64,000 bases of DNA from Acidimicrobiales bacterium (GCA_013003535.1 JABDIY010000025.1:33321-97320); one strand, 5' to 3'. Positions 45,741-55,156 are shown, numbered from the stretch's first letter. Notes: generated from the sequence alone by a model not told the origin. Translations and numbers: made by a program.

Positions 45741-46555
45741 TCACCATGACCGAAGGCCAGATTTGCGCCGAAGCTGAAGCATTGGACAACGCCGAGCGGA
45801 GCCGCCAGCAGATGCGCCAGACCACCGAGGTCTATCCCGAGGCAACCATCGACGACGCGTATGCGATCCAAGCCCATTGGCAACAGCTTCGGCTGGATCG
45901 AGGCGAATTACTGATCGGTCACAAGATCGGGCTCACCTCGAGGGCCATGCAGACAGCAATGCAGATCACCACTCCGGACTCCGGTTTCATCACAGACGCA
46001 ATGAACTACACCAGCAGCAGTGGCCCAGCAACGATCGAGGCCTACCACCACCTTGACCTCAAGCTCGAAGTGGAGTTGGCGTTCGTCCTCAACGCCCACC
46101 TGGATTCCGAGGAGGTTGAATTGTCGGACGTGATCGCCGCAACCGAGTACGTCATACCGGCGGTCGAGCTGATCGCGGCGAGGACGTATCGGGCGGACCC
46201 CGCCACCGGACGCCGGCGCACCGTGGTGGACACCATCGCCGACAATGCTGCCAACGCAGGGATCATCACCGGGGGACTTGCGGTAGGACCAGAGGAGGTC
46301 GATCTTCGCTGGGTGGGTGCGCTGCTCGAACGAAACGGTGAGATCGAAGAAACTGGTCTGGCGGCCGCAGTCCTCAACCATCCTGCCAACGGGATTGTCT
46401 GGCTCGCTCGCCGCTATGCGCAACAGGGCATGGTTCTGAATGCGGGCGACATCGTTCTAGCCGGATCGTTCACGCGTCCGGTGGACTGCCGGGCCGGCGA
46501 TTCATTCCGAGTCGATTACGGGCCGCTTGGCCTGCTGGAGGTCGAGGTCATATGA
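45737..46555 (+). CDS. hpaH: 2-oxo-hept-4-ene-1,7-dioate hydratase
   Basis: It is strongly collinear with E. coli HpaH as I recall it (GHKIGLTS.AMQ, VELAFVL, DTIADNAANAG, LNHPANG, GSFTRPV). Confidence 0.85.
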   Translation: MITMTEGQICAEAEALDNAERSRQQMRQTTEVYPEATIDDAYAIQAHWQQLRLDRGELLIGHKIGLTSRAMQTAMQITTPDSGFITDAMNYTSSSGPATIEAYHHLDLKLEVELAFVLNAHLDSEEVELSDVIAATEYVIPAVELIAARTYRADPATGRRRTVVDTIADNAANAGIITGGLAVGPEEVDLRWVGALLERNGEIEETGLAAAVLNHPANGIVWLARRYAQQGMVLNAGDIVLAGSFTRPVDCRAGDSFRVDYGPLGLLEVEVI

Positions 46556-46905
46556 GTCTCTACTACGTACAGAAGTTCCTCTACGAATTGAATCGCAACG
46601 ACGCCACCCAGGTGGCCTACGCCGCAGACCCTCACGGCACGGTCGAACAATTCGGGCTCGCGGCGGGCGTCCAGAATCTCTCCTCGCAAGAACAACAAGC
46701 TCTCACCGAGCCAGATATCGGTCTCCTCTACCACCTGGGGGTCAACGGCCAAATCTTGATGCACTTCGCCGCGTTTCATGGAATCGCATGGGCCGACTAT
46801 TTGGAGCGCATGCGAGAAGGAATTCGCACCCATGGACCCGTTCGAGAAGGCGTGTACGCCATGACCACGCAGGTCGGACCCGCAACTCAACAAGGAGACC
46901 ACTGA
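46552..46905 (+). CDS. LigA-like small (alpha) subunit of a class III extradiol dioxygenase
   Basis: 117 aa beginning MSLYYVQKFLYELNRND.., as in LigA-type subunits. It is translationally coupled on both sides. Confidence 0.65.
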   Translation: MSLYYVQKFLYELNRNDATQVAYAADPHGTVEQFGLAAGVQNLSSQEQQALTEPDIGLLYHLGVNGQILMHFAAFHGIAWADYLERMREGIRTHGPVREGVYAMTTQVGPATQQGDH

Positions 46906-47735
46906 TGACTCTCGTATTCGCCGGAGTCTGCAGCCACGCCCCCGGCATCACCGGTCGAGCCGACTTGGCGGACCCCCAACTGAAAGAAGGGCTGTACCTG
47001 GCTTTCGATGAGCTGCGGGCTCGTTTGGAGGAATCGCGCCCCGACGCCATCGTGGTTGTCGCAGCGGAGCACTTTGCCAACTTCTTCATGAACAACATGC
47101 CCGCATTCGCAGTGGGCATGGCCGACCATTATTCCGGACCAATCGAGGACCCGGACTGGTTGAAGATTCCGAAGTTCACTGCCCCCGGCAACCGGAATCT
47201 TTCGCAACGGATGATCCAAGAAATCATGCAGACCGTCGATGTGGCCTACGCCGAAGAATGGCTTTTTGATCACGGCATCGCAGTCCCGCTCAACTTCCTG
47301 ACCCCCAAGTTCGATCTGCCGGTGATTCCGGTAAACGTGAATTGCCAGGGACCGCCGTTGGCCCCGCTGCATCGCTCGTGGGCATTCGGCGAAGCGATCC
47401 GCCGTGCCGCCGACTCGGTCCCCGAGCGGATCGCGGTTGTGGGTACCGGCGGCATATCGCACTGGCCGGCCACCCCCGATTCGGGGAAGATCAACGAAAC
47501 GTGGGATCGAGACTTTCTCGACCGTTGGTGTCGAAATGATCGAGCTCAATTGCTCGACTACGACGATCTGACCGTCTATACCGAGGCCGGTCAAGGCGGC
47601 TTCGAAATTCGAACTTTCCTCGCAGTGGCCGCGGCCGCGAAAGGCGCACCGGGAACAGTGCATTACTATCAGCCGATCCCGATATTTGCTGTTGGATGTA
47701 CCACGGCCACCTACGACCTCGACCCAAATCTCTGA
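46905..47735 (+). CDS. LigB-type extradiol ring-cleavage dioxygenase catalytic (beta) subunit
   Basis: From the ATG at 46905 (TGATG junction): MTLVFAGVCSHAPGI.., AAEHF, DHG, GTGGISHW. The Arg-rich 5-prime extension of the track ORF is discarded. Confidence 0.85.
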   Translation: MTLVFAGVCSHAPGITGRADLADPQLKEGLYLAFDELRARLEESRPDAIVVVAAEHFANFFMNNMPAFAVGMADHYSGPIEDPDWLKIPKFTAPGNRNLSQRMIQEIMQTVDVAYAEEWLFDHGIAVPLNFLTPKFDLPVIPVNVNCQGPPLAPLHRSWAFGEAIRRAADSVPERIAVVGTGGISHWPATPDSGKINETWDRDFLDRWCRNDRAQLLDYDDLTVYTEAGQGGFEIRTFLAVAAAAKGAPGTVHYYQPIPIFAVGCTTATYDLDPNL

Positions 47736-47781
47736 TCGGTGATACCTCAGGGGTCCCGGCCTCGCGGCCGATACTGCCCTG

Positions 47782-48516
47782 GTGTGGCAAAATGATCAAG
47801 TGAGCGGCGCCGCAAGAGAACCCGGGTCGGGGGAATCGGGCGGCGGTGTGTACGTGGCGTGGAACGGTCGCGAGTACCCGCTTCCGCCACCCGCGGGATG
47901 GGAGCGCCGCTCCGATGGTCGGTACTGGCCGGTGGACAGCGGCGGCTCCAACCTCCCACCCAGCGGTTTCGGCCCCCAGCACGGTGGTCCCGGACTGCTG
48001 TATGCCCCACCAGACACCTTGCCCCCTCCGTCGGCAGCCGATCGTATGGGGAGCCGGCCTTTGCGGCGTCGCGGCATAGCGGCGCTGGCCACAGGTGCCT
48101 TTGCCCTCTTCGCATCCTTACAACTGATCAGCATGGACATCCTCGGCTTCACCGTTGAACAACAGGATTTCGTTGGCAACGGTGATGATGGGAACCTGCC
48201 GGACTTCGCCCCCGTTGGTGAAGAACGCGAGCTCAGCCCAGACACGATTGCCGAACTGATCGAGATCACATCGTGCAGCAATGACGGAACCGGCGCTCAC
48301 GTAGAGGGCACGGTCACCAACCCCCTTGAAGCTCCCCGGGGTTACTCGATCACCATTCAGTTTCGAGTCGACGGGGACCGGCAACTCGACGGGTTTGCCG
48401 AAGTCGATGTGCCACCAGGAGTGGCGATACCATTCTCCGCAGTCAGCGCATCACCATCGGTCGATGGTCCGGCGGAATGTTCGATAGGCACTGTGATCCG
48501 TTTCATACCCGAATAG
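47782..48516 (+). CDS. Hypothetical membrane-anchored protein
   Basis: 244 aa with a Pro/Gly-rich N-terminal region, one TM helix (IAALATGAFALFASLQLI) and a C-terminal beta-rich domain. Confidence 0.5.
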   Translation: MWQNDQVSGAAREPGSGESGGGVYVAWNGREYPLPPPAGWERRSDGRYWPVDSGGSNLPPSGFGPQHGGPGLLYAPPDTLPPPSAADRMGSRPLRRRGIAALATGAFALFASLQLISMDILGFTVEQQDFVGNGDDGNLPDFAPVGEERELSPDTIAELIEITSCSNDGTGAHVEGTVTNPLEAPRGYSITIQFRVDGDRQLDGFAEVDVPPGVAIPFSAVSASPSVDGPAECSIGTVIRFIPE

Positions 48517-48544
48517 GTCAAATTACCCGAGGATCGACCCCGGA

Positions 48545-49330
48545 ATGGCTCGATACTCGTCCGCCATGTGCCGCCTGAAAGATCTATTTCGTGCTGTCCT
48601 TGCGGCAGCAATCCTCGCTGTCGCCCTGATCGGTTTTGTTCCTCCCGCCTCTGCCGCTGGCTCCGCCGCTCCTCGTTTCGAAGCTCAGACCATGGGCGAC
48701 GCCCACGTCGATCAGGCCGCTCGTCTGTATCGCACCATCCTGGTCCGCGAGGCCGACGCCACCGGCGCCCGGTATTGGGGCGGACTGCTGGCTGACGGGT
48801 ATGCCGTGGAGCGGATCGCCCAACTCATGCTGGAAACCCCCGAGTACATCGCCCGGGCGAGCGGAGACCACATTCTCGATGCCTATCAAGGGGCGCTCGG
48901 TCGCCAGCCGCAAGAGGCCGGCTACAACTTCTGGGCTCAGTTCGAGAACCCCACCGCGGTGATCATCGCCATCTCCGATTCGGCGGAGCACCAACAGCTC
49001 ACCGATACCGAACCTCCGCCCGAGCGGACCCCGCGGGCCCACCCCCTCGGTTACGTTGACACCGGTAACGGCGTTTTCGTGCCACCGATCCTGTTGGAGA
49101 TCCGCTGGTGTGAGTCACGCGACGATTACACCGCCGCCAACACCCGTTCCTCGGCTCGAGGCGCGTATCAGTTCCTCACCGGGTCTTGGGCGGCCTATGG
49201 CCATGCGGCTCGCTACGGCGTTGGCCAAGCCCATTTGGCCACTCCGGCGCAGCAGGATGAAGCGGCGCTTCTCACTTGGCAGGAATCCGGCACCCGCCCC
49301 TGGAATGCCAGCCGTCACTGCTGGGGCTAG
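48545..49330 (+). CDS. Secreted DUF4214-like plus transglycosylase-like (Rpf-type) domain protein
   Basis: It has a signal peptide. The C-terminus IRWCESRDDYTAANTRSSARGAYQFLTGSWAAYG matches the CES..N..G.YQF..TW transglycosylase-like signature. Confidence 0.7.
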   Translation: MARYSSAMCRLKDLFRAVLAAAILAVALIGFVPPASAAGSAAPRFEAQTMGDAHVDQAARLYRTILVREADATGARYWGGLLADGYAVERIAQLMLETPEYIARASGDHILDAYQGALGRQPQEAGYNFWAQFENPTAVIIAISDSAEHQQLTDTEPPPERTPRAHPLGYVDTGNGVFVPPILLEIRWCESRDDYTAANTRSSARGAYQFLTGSWAAYGHAARYGVGQAHLATPAQQDEAALLTWQESGTRPWNASRHCWG

Positions 49331-49342
49331 CAAGCAGTCGTG

Positions 49343-50065
49343 TCATGACGAAGCGTTAGCGTTCTCTTTCGGTTGTGGCGATGTCCCAACGCCGGGCCGT
49401 GACTCGTTCTCGGAGCTAGGTAGTGGGGCGAGCGGGTTGAGCCCGAGTTCAGCCTCGAGCCGAGAGATCCGCTCGACAAGCGATGCCACGGTGGCCTCCA
49501 ATTCGGCCAGGCGGTCGGTGCGAGAAAGGGACGCAGATGCCGTGGATCCTGACCGCGCATCGCTGAGCACATCTGCGTCGACCGGCCCGCCGAAGAGATG
49601 CATGTAACGGTCTTGGCTTTGACCGGGACCACGGCCAAGATCCACAACCAACGGTTCTTCCAATTGGGCAAGGTCTCGTAGTACCTGTTCCACTGCGTCA
49701 ACGGAAGAGAACCCAACGTACCGCTCGGTTCGAGTCCGAATCTCACCTGGCGTCTGAGGTCCCCTTAGGAGCATGATCGCTAGCGCCGCAAGCTGATGCT
49801 CATCGAAGTGGAACGTCTCGTCGAGAATGTGCTTGTGCTTATCTGTCCGTCCGGAGGAGATGGTGCGGCAGAGCTTCTGGGCCCGAAGTTCCATCATGGC
49901 CGCGACGATCTCACGTTCGGTGTAGCTGGTGACCGGGTCACGATTGGTCTTCTGGTTGCAGGCGTTGACCAGAGCGTTCGTGCTCAGCGGATAATGCTCC
50001 GGTGTCGTTGCTCGCTTTTCGATTAAGCACCCGAGCACACGGACTTCAACAGGGGAGAGTTCCAT
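49343..50065 (-). CDS. DUF480 (YceH-family) protein
   Basis: MELSPVEVRVLGCLIEKRATTPEHYPLSTNALVNACNQKTNRDPV is the characteristic YceH N-terminus. A C-terminal coiled coil follows. Confidence 0.75.
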   Translation of the reverse strand: MELSPVEVRVLGCLIEKRATTPEHYPLSTNALVNACNQKTNRDPVTSYTEREIVAAMMELRAQKLCRTISSGRTDKHKHILDETFHFDEHQLAALAIMLLRGPQTPGEIRTRTERYVGFSSVDAVEQVLRDLAQLEEPLVVDLGRGPGQSQDRYMHLFGGPVDADVLSDARSGSTASASLSRTDRLAELEATVASLVERISRLEAELGLNPLAPLPSSENESRPGVGTSPQPKENANASS

Positions 50066-50191
50066 CGCTTGAACATAGCCCCGCCGATAAATGCCGACTG
50101 GCGCTCACCGCCAAATCTGCGTCTGTTCCTGTCCACGAGGCCATCACGCCCTACTGTGTTACGCAGTCGTCTAATTTGAAGGAACTCCGAG

Positions 50192-50743
50192 ATGTCTGAC
50201 CAGAATGCAACACCCCCCGGTTGGTACTATGCCGCCGGTGATCCCCCCGGCACCCAGCGCTACTGGGATGGCGCCACCTGGCAGGGCGGTCCACAACCCG
50301 TAGCCGCCGCCGGCGCTGGCGTTGGTAGCGCGGTTGGCCCGCAGCTGGCTGATCCCGGCAAGCGAATCATCGCTCGAATCATCGACTTCTTCGTCATCCT
50401 CATCCCGGTCATCATTGCGATCGTCGTTTTCGGACAAGGCCTCGCGGGCAGCATCGTCACCTTCTTGATCGGTGCCGGTTACGAGATCTATCTGCTGGGG
50501 ACAAAGGGCTACACGGTCGGCAAAGGAATTCAGAACGTCAAGGTCGTGAACGCGGACTTCAGCGACATCAACATGGAGACGGCCGCAAAGCGCTACGCCA
50601 TTCAGCTGGTCCAAGTCATTCCTGGCGTCGGGCAGCTCCTCGCGGTGGTGCTCTTCATCGCCAACCTTGTCCTGCTCTTCACCGATTCTGAGCGCCAGGT
50701 GGTCTGGGACAAGATCGCTCAGACCAAGGTGATCAACAACTAG
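50192..50743 (+). CDS. RDD-family membrane protein with an N-terminal GWY..RYWDG..W module
   Basis: 183 aa. PPGWYYAAGDPPGTQRYWDGATWQGGPQPV is followed by an RDD-type membrane domain (GKRIIARIIDFFV..). Confidence 0.75.
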   Translation: MSDQNATPPGWYYAAGDPPGTQRYWDGATWQGGPQPVAAAGAGVGSAVGPQLADPGKRIIARIIDFFVILIPVIIAIVVFGQGLAGSIVTFLIGAGYEIYLLGTKGYTVGKGIQNVKVVNADFSDINMETAAKRYAIQLVQVIPGVGQLLAVVLFIANLVLLFTDSERQVVWDKIAQTKVINN

Positions 50744-50752
50744 CCACCATCA

Positions 50753-51340
50753 ATGACCGCTTCCACCCCCACACCGCCCGGCTGGTATCACGCGGCCGGT
50801 GATCCTCCAGGTACCCAGCGTTATTGGGATGGGGCTACCTGGCAAGGCGGTCCACAGCCGGTAGGTCCTACTAGCGCCCCCGGATCGCTCATGTCTGGCG
50901 CTCTCGCCGACCCCGGGAAGCGGATCGCGGCGCGGTTCATCGATCTCATTCTTTGGGCCGTGATGACCTCCGCCGTGAGTTCTATCAGCGGAATTGGACT
51001 CCTGGGAATACGCTCCGGCGCAGCCATTGGTTTGTCTCTGCTGAGCGGACTGCTGGGCGTGGCCGCGGTCATGATCTATGAGACGCTCATGGTCAGCTCA
51101 CGGGGCCAAACCATTGGCAAGGCGGCGCTGGGCGTCAAGGTGGTGCGGGTGGATGGCCAGCCGATCGAGCGGGCGGATGCGTTCAAACGCATCGCCCTCT
51201 TCGGGGTGTACGCCGTTCCCTTCCTGGGGTTTCTCGTGGCGGGCGTCATGGGTGTGACATCGCTGGTCATGATCTTCAGCGATCAACGCCGCCAAGCCCT
51301 TTGGGACAAGCTTGCCGAAACGATTGTGGTAGAGGCCTAG
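50753..51340 (+). CDS. RDD-family membrane protein, tandem paralogue
   Basis: 195 aa with the same N-terminal module (PPGWYHAAGDPPGTQRYWDGATWQGGPQPV) and an RDD domain. Confidence 0.75.
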   Translation: MTASTPTPPGWYHAAGDPPGTQRYWDGATWQGGPQPVGPTSAPGSLMSGALADPGKRIAARFIDLILWAVMTSAVSSISGIGLLGIRSGAAIGLSLLSGLLGVAAVMIYETLMVSSRGQTIGKAALGVKVVRVDGQPIERADAFKRIALFGVYAVPFLGFLVAGVMGVTSLVMIFSDQRRQALWDKLAETIVVEA

Positions 51341-51394
51341 GCGGCGTTGTCCCTGCGGGTCTTCGGCGCTATGTCAGCTGGGAACATGATTGCT

Positions 51395-51612
51395 GTCCCT
51401 CCGGGGGGCGTTCGCCGGCACGCAGCCTCGCCTACTCGGCGCAGCAACAGGTGCGTTGGTGGTTGAGGGCTTGACTGCGTAGGTTGCGTCGCTTCGCCTG
51501 TGCCGCCCGGAGGGATGTGGCCCGTTGAGTAGTGAAGTGACCAGTTAGCGAGGATCTGTTGTAGGCCGGGCAGGCGAAGCCTGCGTGGCGTCTGAACGGC
51601 CCCCGGAGGGAC
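51395..51612. other. 218-nt rod-like structured element (candidate sRNA of 6S-like architecture, or a MITE-like inverted-repeat element)
   Basis: The ends are perfectly complementary over 13 nt (GTCCCTCCGGGGG / CCCCCGGAGGGAC). Pairing continues inward in blocks (CGTTC, GCC, ACGCAG, TCGCCT, CGGC, CAACAG), totalling about 43 bp, around a roughly 105-nt interior. It fills the gap between two convergent genes. Confidence 0.4.
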
Positions 51613-51622
51613 CATAGAGCCG

Positions 51623-52780
51623 CTAGCCCACGATTTGGCGGCCGATGATTTCTTTCATGATTTCGTTCGTTCCACCGTAGATTTTTTGGACGCGAGCATC
51701 GCGCCATGCTCGGGCGATGGGATACTCCTCCATATAGCCATAGCCACCGTGGAGCTGTAGGCAGCGGTCCATCACCGAACACTCCAAATCAGTGGTCCAC
51801 CACTTGGCTTGGGCGGCGTCTTCGGCAGTGAGTTCGCCCTTCATGTAGGCCTTGGTCTGGGCATCCAGAAACACCTGGGCGATGTCCAACTCGGTCTTCA
51901 TCTCGGCCAGCTCGAACTTGGTGTTTTGGAACGCTCCGATTGGCTGGCCGAAAGCAGTCCGTTCTTTGACGTAATCGACGGTCCACTCAAAGGCGGTTCG
52001 GGCATGGTGCACCGCACTGATCGACAAGCTCAACCGTTCGCGAGGGAGGTTGCGCACCAGACCGAAGAAACCTTCCCCCTCGTTGCCCAGAAGGTTCTGG
52101 GCCGGCACTCGCACGTCGCTGAAGAACATCTCTGCGGTGTCTTGGGCGTGCATTCCGATCTTGTCCAGGTTCCGACCGCGGCTGAAGCCCGGCATGCCTT
52201 CCTCCACCACCAGAAGGCTGATTCCCCGATGTTTCAAGGAGGGATCGGTCTTCGCCGCCACAACTACGAGCGAAGCGTTGATACCGTTGGTGATGAACGT
52301 CTTCGAACCGTTCAGAACGTAGGTGTCGCCGTCTCGGATCGCACTGGTGGCGATCCCGGCGAGATCGGAGCCGGTTCCTGGTTCGGTCATGGCGATCGCC
52401 GCCATGTTGTCGCCCGAACAGATTCCTGGCAGCCACCGAGCCTTCTGGTCGTCAGTGGTCATGTCCATGAAATAGGGGAGGCAAATGTCGTTGTGCAACG
52501 TGATGCACATGCCGCTGGCCATTACGCCCGCTCGCTGCACCTCTTCGTTGAGCACCACGTTGAACCGCCAGTCGTTTACACCGCCCCCGCCGTACTCCTC
52601 GTCCACTTCGATTCCGAGGAATCCCAGCGAGCCCGCTTTGCGGAACATGGCGGTGTCGACGATTCCAGCGGTCTCCCATGAATCGGCGTGAGGAACGATT
52701 TCGGATTCGATGAACGCCCGTGCGCTCATACGGAACTGCTCGTGCTCATCGTCGAAGAGATCGCGCTTCAGCATGGTCAA
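51623..52780 (-). CDS. Acyl-CoA dehydrogenase
   Basis: 385 aa. ..AMTEPGTGSDLAG.., QLHGGYGYM and the C-terminal IYGGTNEI are present. Confidence 0.9.
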   Translation of the reverse strand: MTMLKRDLFDDEHEQFRMSARAFIESEIVPHADSWETAGIVDTAMFRKAGSLGFLGIEVDEEYGGGGVNDWRFNVVLNEEVQRAGVMASGMCITLHNDICLPYFMDMTTDDQKARWLPGICSGDNMAAIAMTEPGTGSDLAGIATSAIRDGDTYVLNGSKTFITNGINASLVVVAAKTDPSLKHRGISLLVVEEGMPGFSRGRNLDKIGMHAQDTAEMFFSDVRVPAQNLLGNEGEGFFGLVRNLPRERLSLSISAVHHARTAFEWTVDYVKERTAFGQPIGAFQNTKFELAEMKTELDIAQVFLDAQTKAYMKGELTAEDAAQAKWWTTDLECSVMDRCLQLHGGYGYMEEYPIARAWRDARVQKIYGGTNEIMKEIIGRQIVG

Positions 52781-52837
52781 ACACTACCCACCACGGTCCG
52801 CCGGTAGGTAGTTCGAGCCCGTACCATCAACAGGGTT

Positions 52838-53566
52838 ATGACCACACCCAAGCCCCCGGTCAGCGAATTAGACGCTTCGGTGCAGCGATTGCCTGGCGGC
52901 ACCGTGGCTGTGGTGATCGCGGGAGGCGTGAGTCCAACCCGTAATCAAGTGGACTGGGCGATTGGTCGTGCCGATTCGGCATGTGTCATCGCGGCCGACA
53001 GCGGTGCCGATCACGCCCGGGAACTCGGCTTGACCGTTGACGTTGCCGTAGGTGATTTCGACTCGGTATCGGATGCAACTCAAGCCTGGCTGCACACCAG
53101 TGGAACACGGTTGGACGCCCATCCCGAAACGAAAGACTTCAGCGATCTGGAACTTGCCTTGGAATTGGCGGCCGAGACAGCGCCGGATCGCATCGTTGCC
53201 CTCGGACTCAGTGGTGGGCGCGCGGACCACGAGTTCATCAATCTGACCGTCCTCGCCAGCGACCGGTGGGCCAACAAGAATGTCCTTGGCATTTCCGACG
53301 ACACCCTCGTAACAGTGGTCCGCTCGAAATACGTCGCCATCGGCGAACCCGGTGCGGTTCTTTCGGTAGTGGCGGTGGCTGGACCCGCTCGACTCACCAC
53401 CGACGGCCTTGTATTTGGCCTCGAGGATGAAGAAATCTCCCCTACGAGTTCAAGAGGGCTGAGCAATGCATTCAAAGGTTCGCACGCAACGATCACGGTG
53501 AGCGAGGGGACGGCCTTGGTGTTCCAACCTGCCGCCGGAGCCTACCTCTGGGATGCGCAGCCGTGA
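52838..53566 (+). CDS. Thiamine diphosphokinase
   Basis: ..VIAADSGADHA..DVAVGDFDS.., K.FSDLELAL and GGRADHEF are TPK motifs. Confidence 0.8.
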   Translation: MTTPKPPVSELDASVQRLPGGTVAVVIAGGVSPTRNQVDWAIGRADSACVIAADSGADHARELGLTVDVAVGDFDSVSDATQAWLHTSGTRLDAHPETKDFSDLELALELAAETAPDRIVALGLSGGRADHEFINLTVLASDRWANKNVLGISDDTLVTVVRSKYVAIGEPGAVLSVVAVAGPARLTTDGLVFGLEDEEISPTSSRGLSNAFKGSHATITVSEGTALVFQPAAGAYLWDAQP

Positions 53567-55032
53567 AGTCTCGCTCCACAAGCGATGGCCAACCCCGCCG
53601 GGGATGGTTTCAGCGATTCCTCATCCTCGTCAACGTTTCGGCGATCCTTACTGCCCTGGCGGGCGCCTACATCATCAACAACAGCTATGGCCGAATCGAG
53701 TCCATTGAACGAGTTGCGTTGGGGGGATCGCTAACCCCTGCCGCGGGAAGCTCGCGCCCGGGGGAGCGCGTAATCAACGTTCTCCTGGTTGGCTCAGATT
53801 CTGCGGCAACGCTTGATGATGATGACCCCATCGGTCTCGAACGCCAAGGCGAGCGGAATGGTGATGTCATTATCGTCGCTCACATCGACGAGCGAGACAG
53901 CTCGGCGGCGCTGGTCTCGATTCCTCGTGACCTGTGGGTTCCGATTGCCGGGAGGGACCGGGAAGCCAAGATCAATAGTGCGTTTGCGGTAGGCGGCCCG
54001 GCCATGCTCATCGAGACCATCGAGCAGAACTTCGGAATCCCGATCAACCACTACGTGAACGTGGACTTCGCGGGATTCCAGGGTTTGGTGGATGCATTGG
54101 GCGAAGTAAGCGTCTGGTTCGACCAGCCCGCCCGTGATTGGAACACACGAACCAACACCAGCCAAACCGGCTTCCAAATGCTCGAGGCGGGCTGCCAACC
54201 GCTCGATGGCCCTACAGCGCTGGCCTATGTTCGGTCCCGCTACTACCAAACCCTCGATGACGACGGCGTCTGGGTGTCCGAGCAGGCCAGCGACCTCAAT
54301 CGTATTCGTCGGCAGCAGGACTTTCTCAAACAGGTGGCCGCGAAGGCCATCAACTCTGGCTCCCGCAACCCGTTCGTCTTCGACGGTCTCATCGATGCGG
54401 CAATCGAACACGTAACCCTGGACCAGGATCTGTCGCCGTCTCTGCTGCTTGATCTCGGCGGGGCGTTTCGACAGTTCGACTCCAACAATCTCCAGGCCTA
54501 CAGCCTGCCAGCCGAATTTGGCTGGGTGGGTTCTTCCAGTGTCCTGTTCTTGAATCCGGACCAGGCCGAACCAATTCTGGAGCTTTTTCGGGGTGCTCGA
54601 CCGACCGACCCTCGAACCGTACGTGTAGAGATGGTCCACACCTCAGGGACCGGGGAAGCAGCAGATGCGCTCGCCAGATCCTTCCTGATCAGGGGATTCG
54701 GTGATATTCGGGTAAGTCCAGCTCCACTTCTCCATTCCGGAATCGAGGTCCGCTACGGTCCAAACGAGGCCAGCGTGGCCCAGGTGGTAGCGGACCAGAT
54801 CGCCGAGCCTGTTCGGCTTGTCGAGGTGGGTGGGCTTCCGCCACGGTCGGTCGTGGTGGCTTTCGGACAACCGGTCGCCCCAGACGAGGCGACCGTGAGC
54901 GAAACAGCAACGGATGACCTCACCGATGCGGTGCCTGCTGACGGTAGTAAGACCGACGCAAACGCTCCAGGTGAGGAACCTGCCGCCGTAAGTCAGGATT
55001 CAGGGTTTAGTGCCGCAAGTTGCGGCCGATAA
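53563..55032 (+). CDS. LytR-CpsA-Psr (LCP) family cell-wall glycopolymer transferase
   Basis: It has an N-terminal TM anchor, then VLLVGSDS..NGDVIIVAHID..LVSIPRDLWV..KINSAF..GG and VDFAGFQGLVDALG. GTGA overlap with the upstream gene. Confidence 0.85.
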   Translation: MKSRSTSDGQPRRGWFQRFLILVNVSAILTALAGAYIINNSYGRIESIERVALGGSLTPAAGSSRPGERVINVLLVGSDSAATLDDDDPIGLERQGERNGDVIIVAHIDERDSSAALVSIPRDLWVPIAGRDREAKINSAFAVGGPAMLIETIEQNFGIPINHYVNVDFAGFQGLVDALGEVSVWFDQPARDWNTRTNTSQTGFQMLEAGCQPLDGPTALAYVRSRYYQTLDDDGVWVSEQASDLNRIRRQQDFLKQVAAKAINSGSRNPFVFDGLIDAAIEHVTLDQDLSPSLLLDLGGAFRQFDSNNLQAYSLPAEFGWVGSSSVLFLNPDQAEPILELFRGARPTDPRTVRVEMVHTSGTGEAADALARSFLIRGFGDIRVSPAPLLHSGIEVRYGPNEASVAQVVADQIAEPVRLVEVGGLPPRSVVVAFGQPVAPDEATVSETATDDLTDAVPADGSKTDANAPGEEPAAVSQDSGFSAASCGR

Positions 55033-55156
55033 AAACCCTACGGGCGCGCAGTGGCCACGGACCGCTGTGAAAACAGGTAAGTCCACCCACATCAGCCCCC
55101 GTGCCTGACATAGCTAGTCTAAACGCTGGTGGGAACCTGACTTGAGGTGAGTGAAC

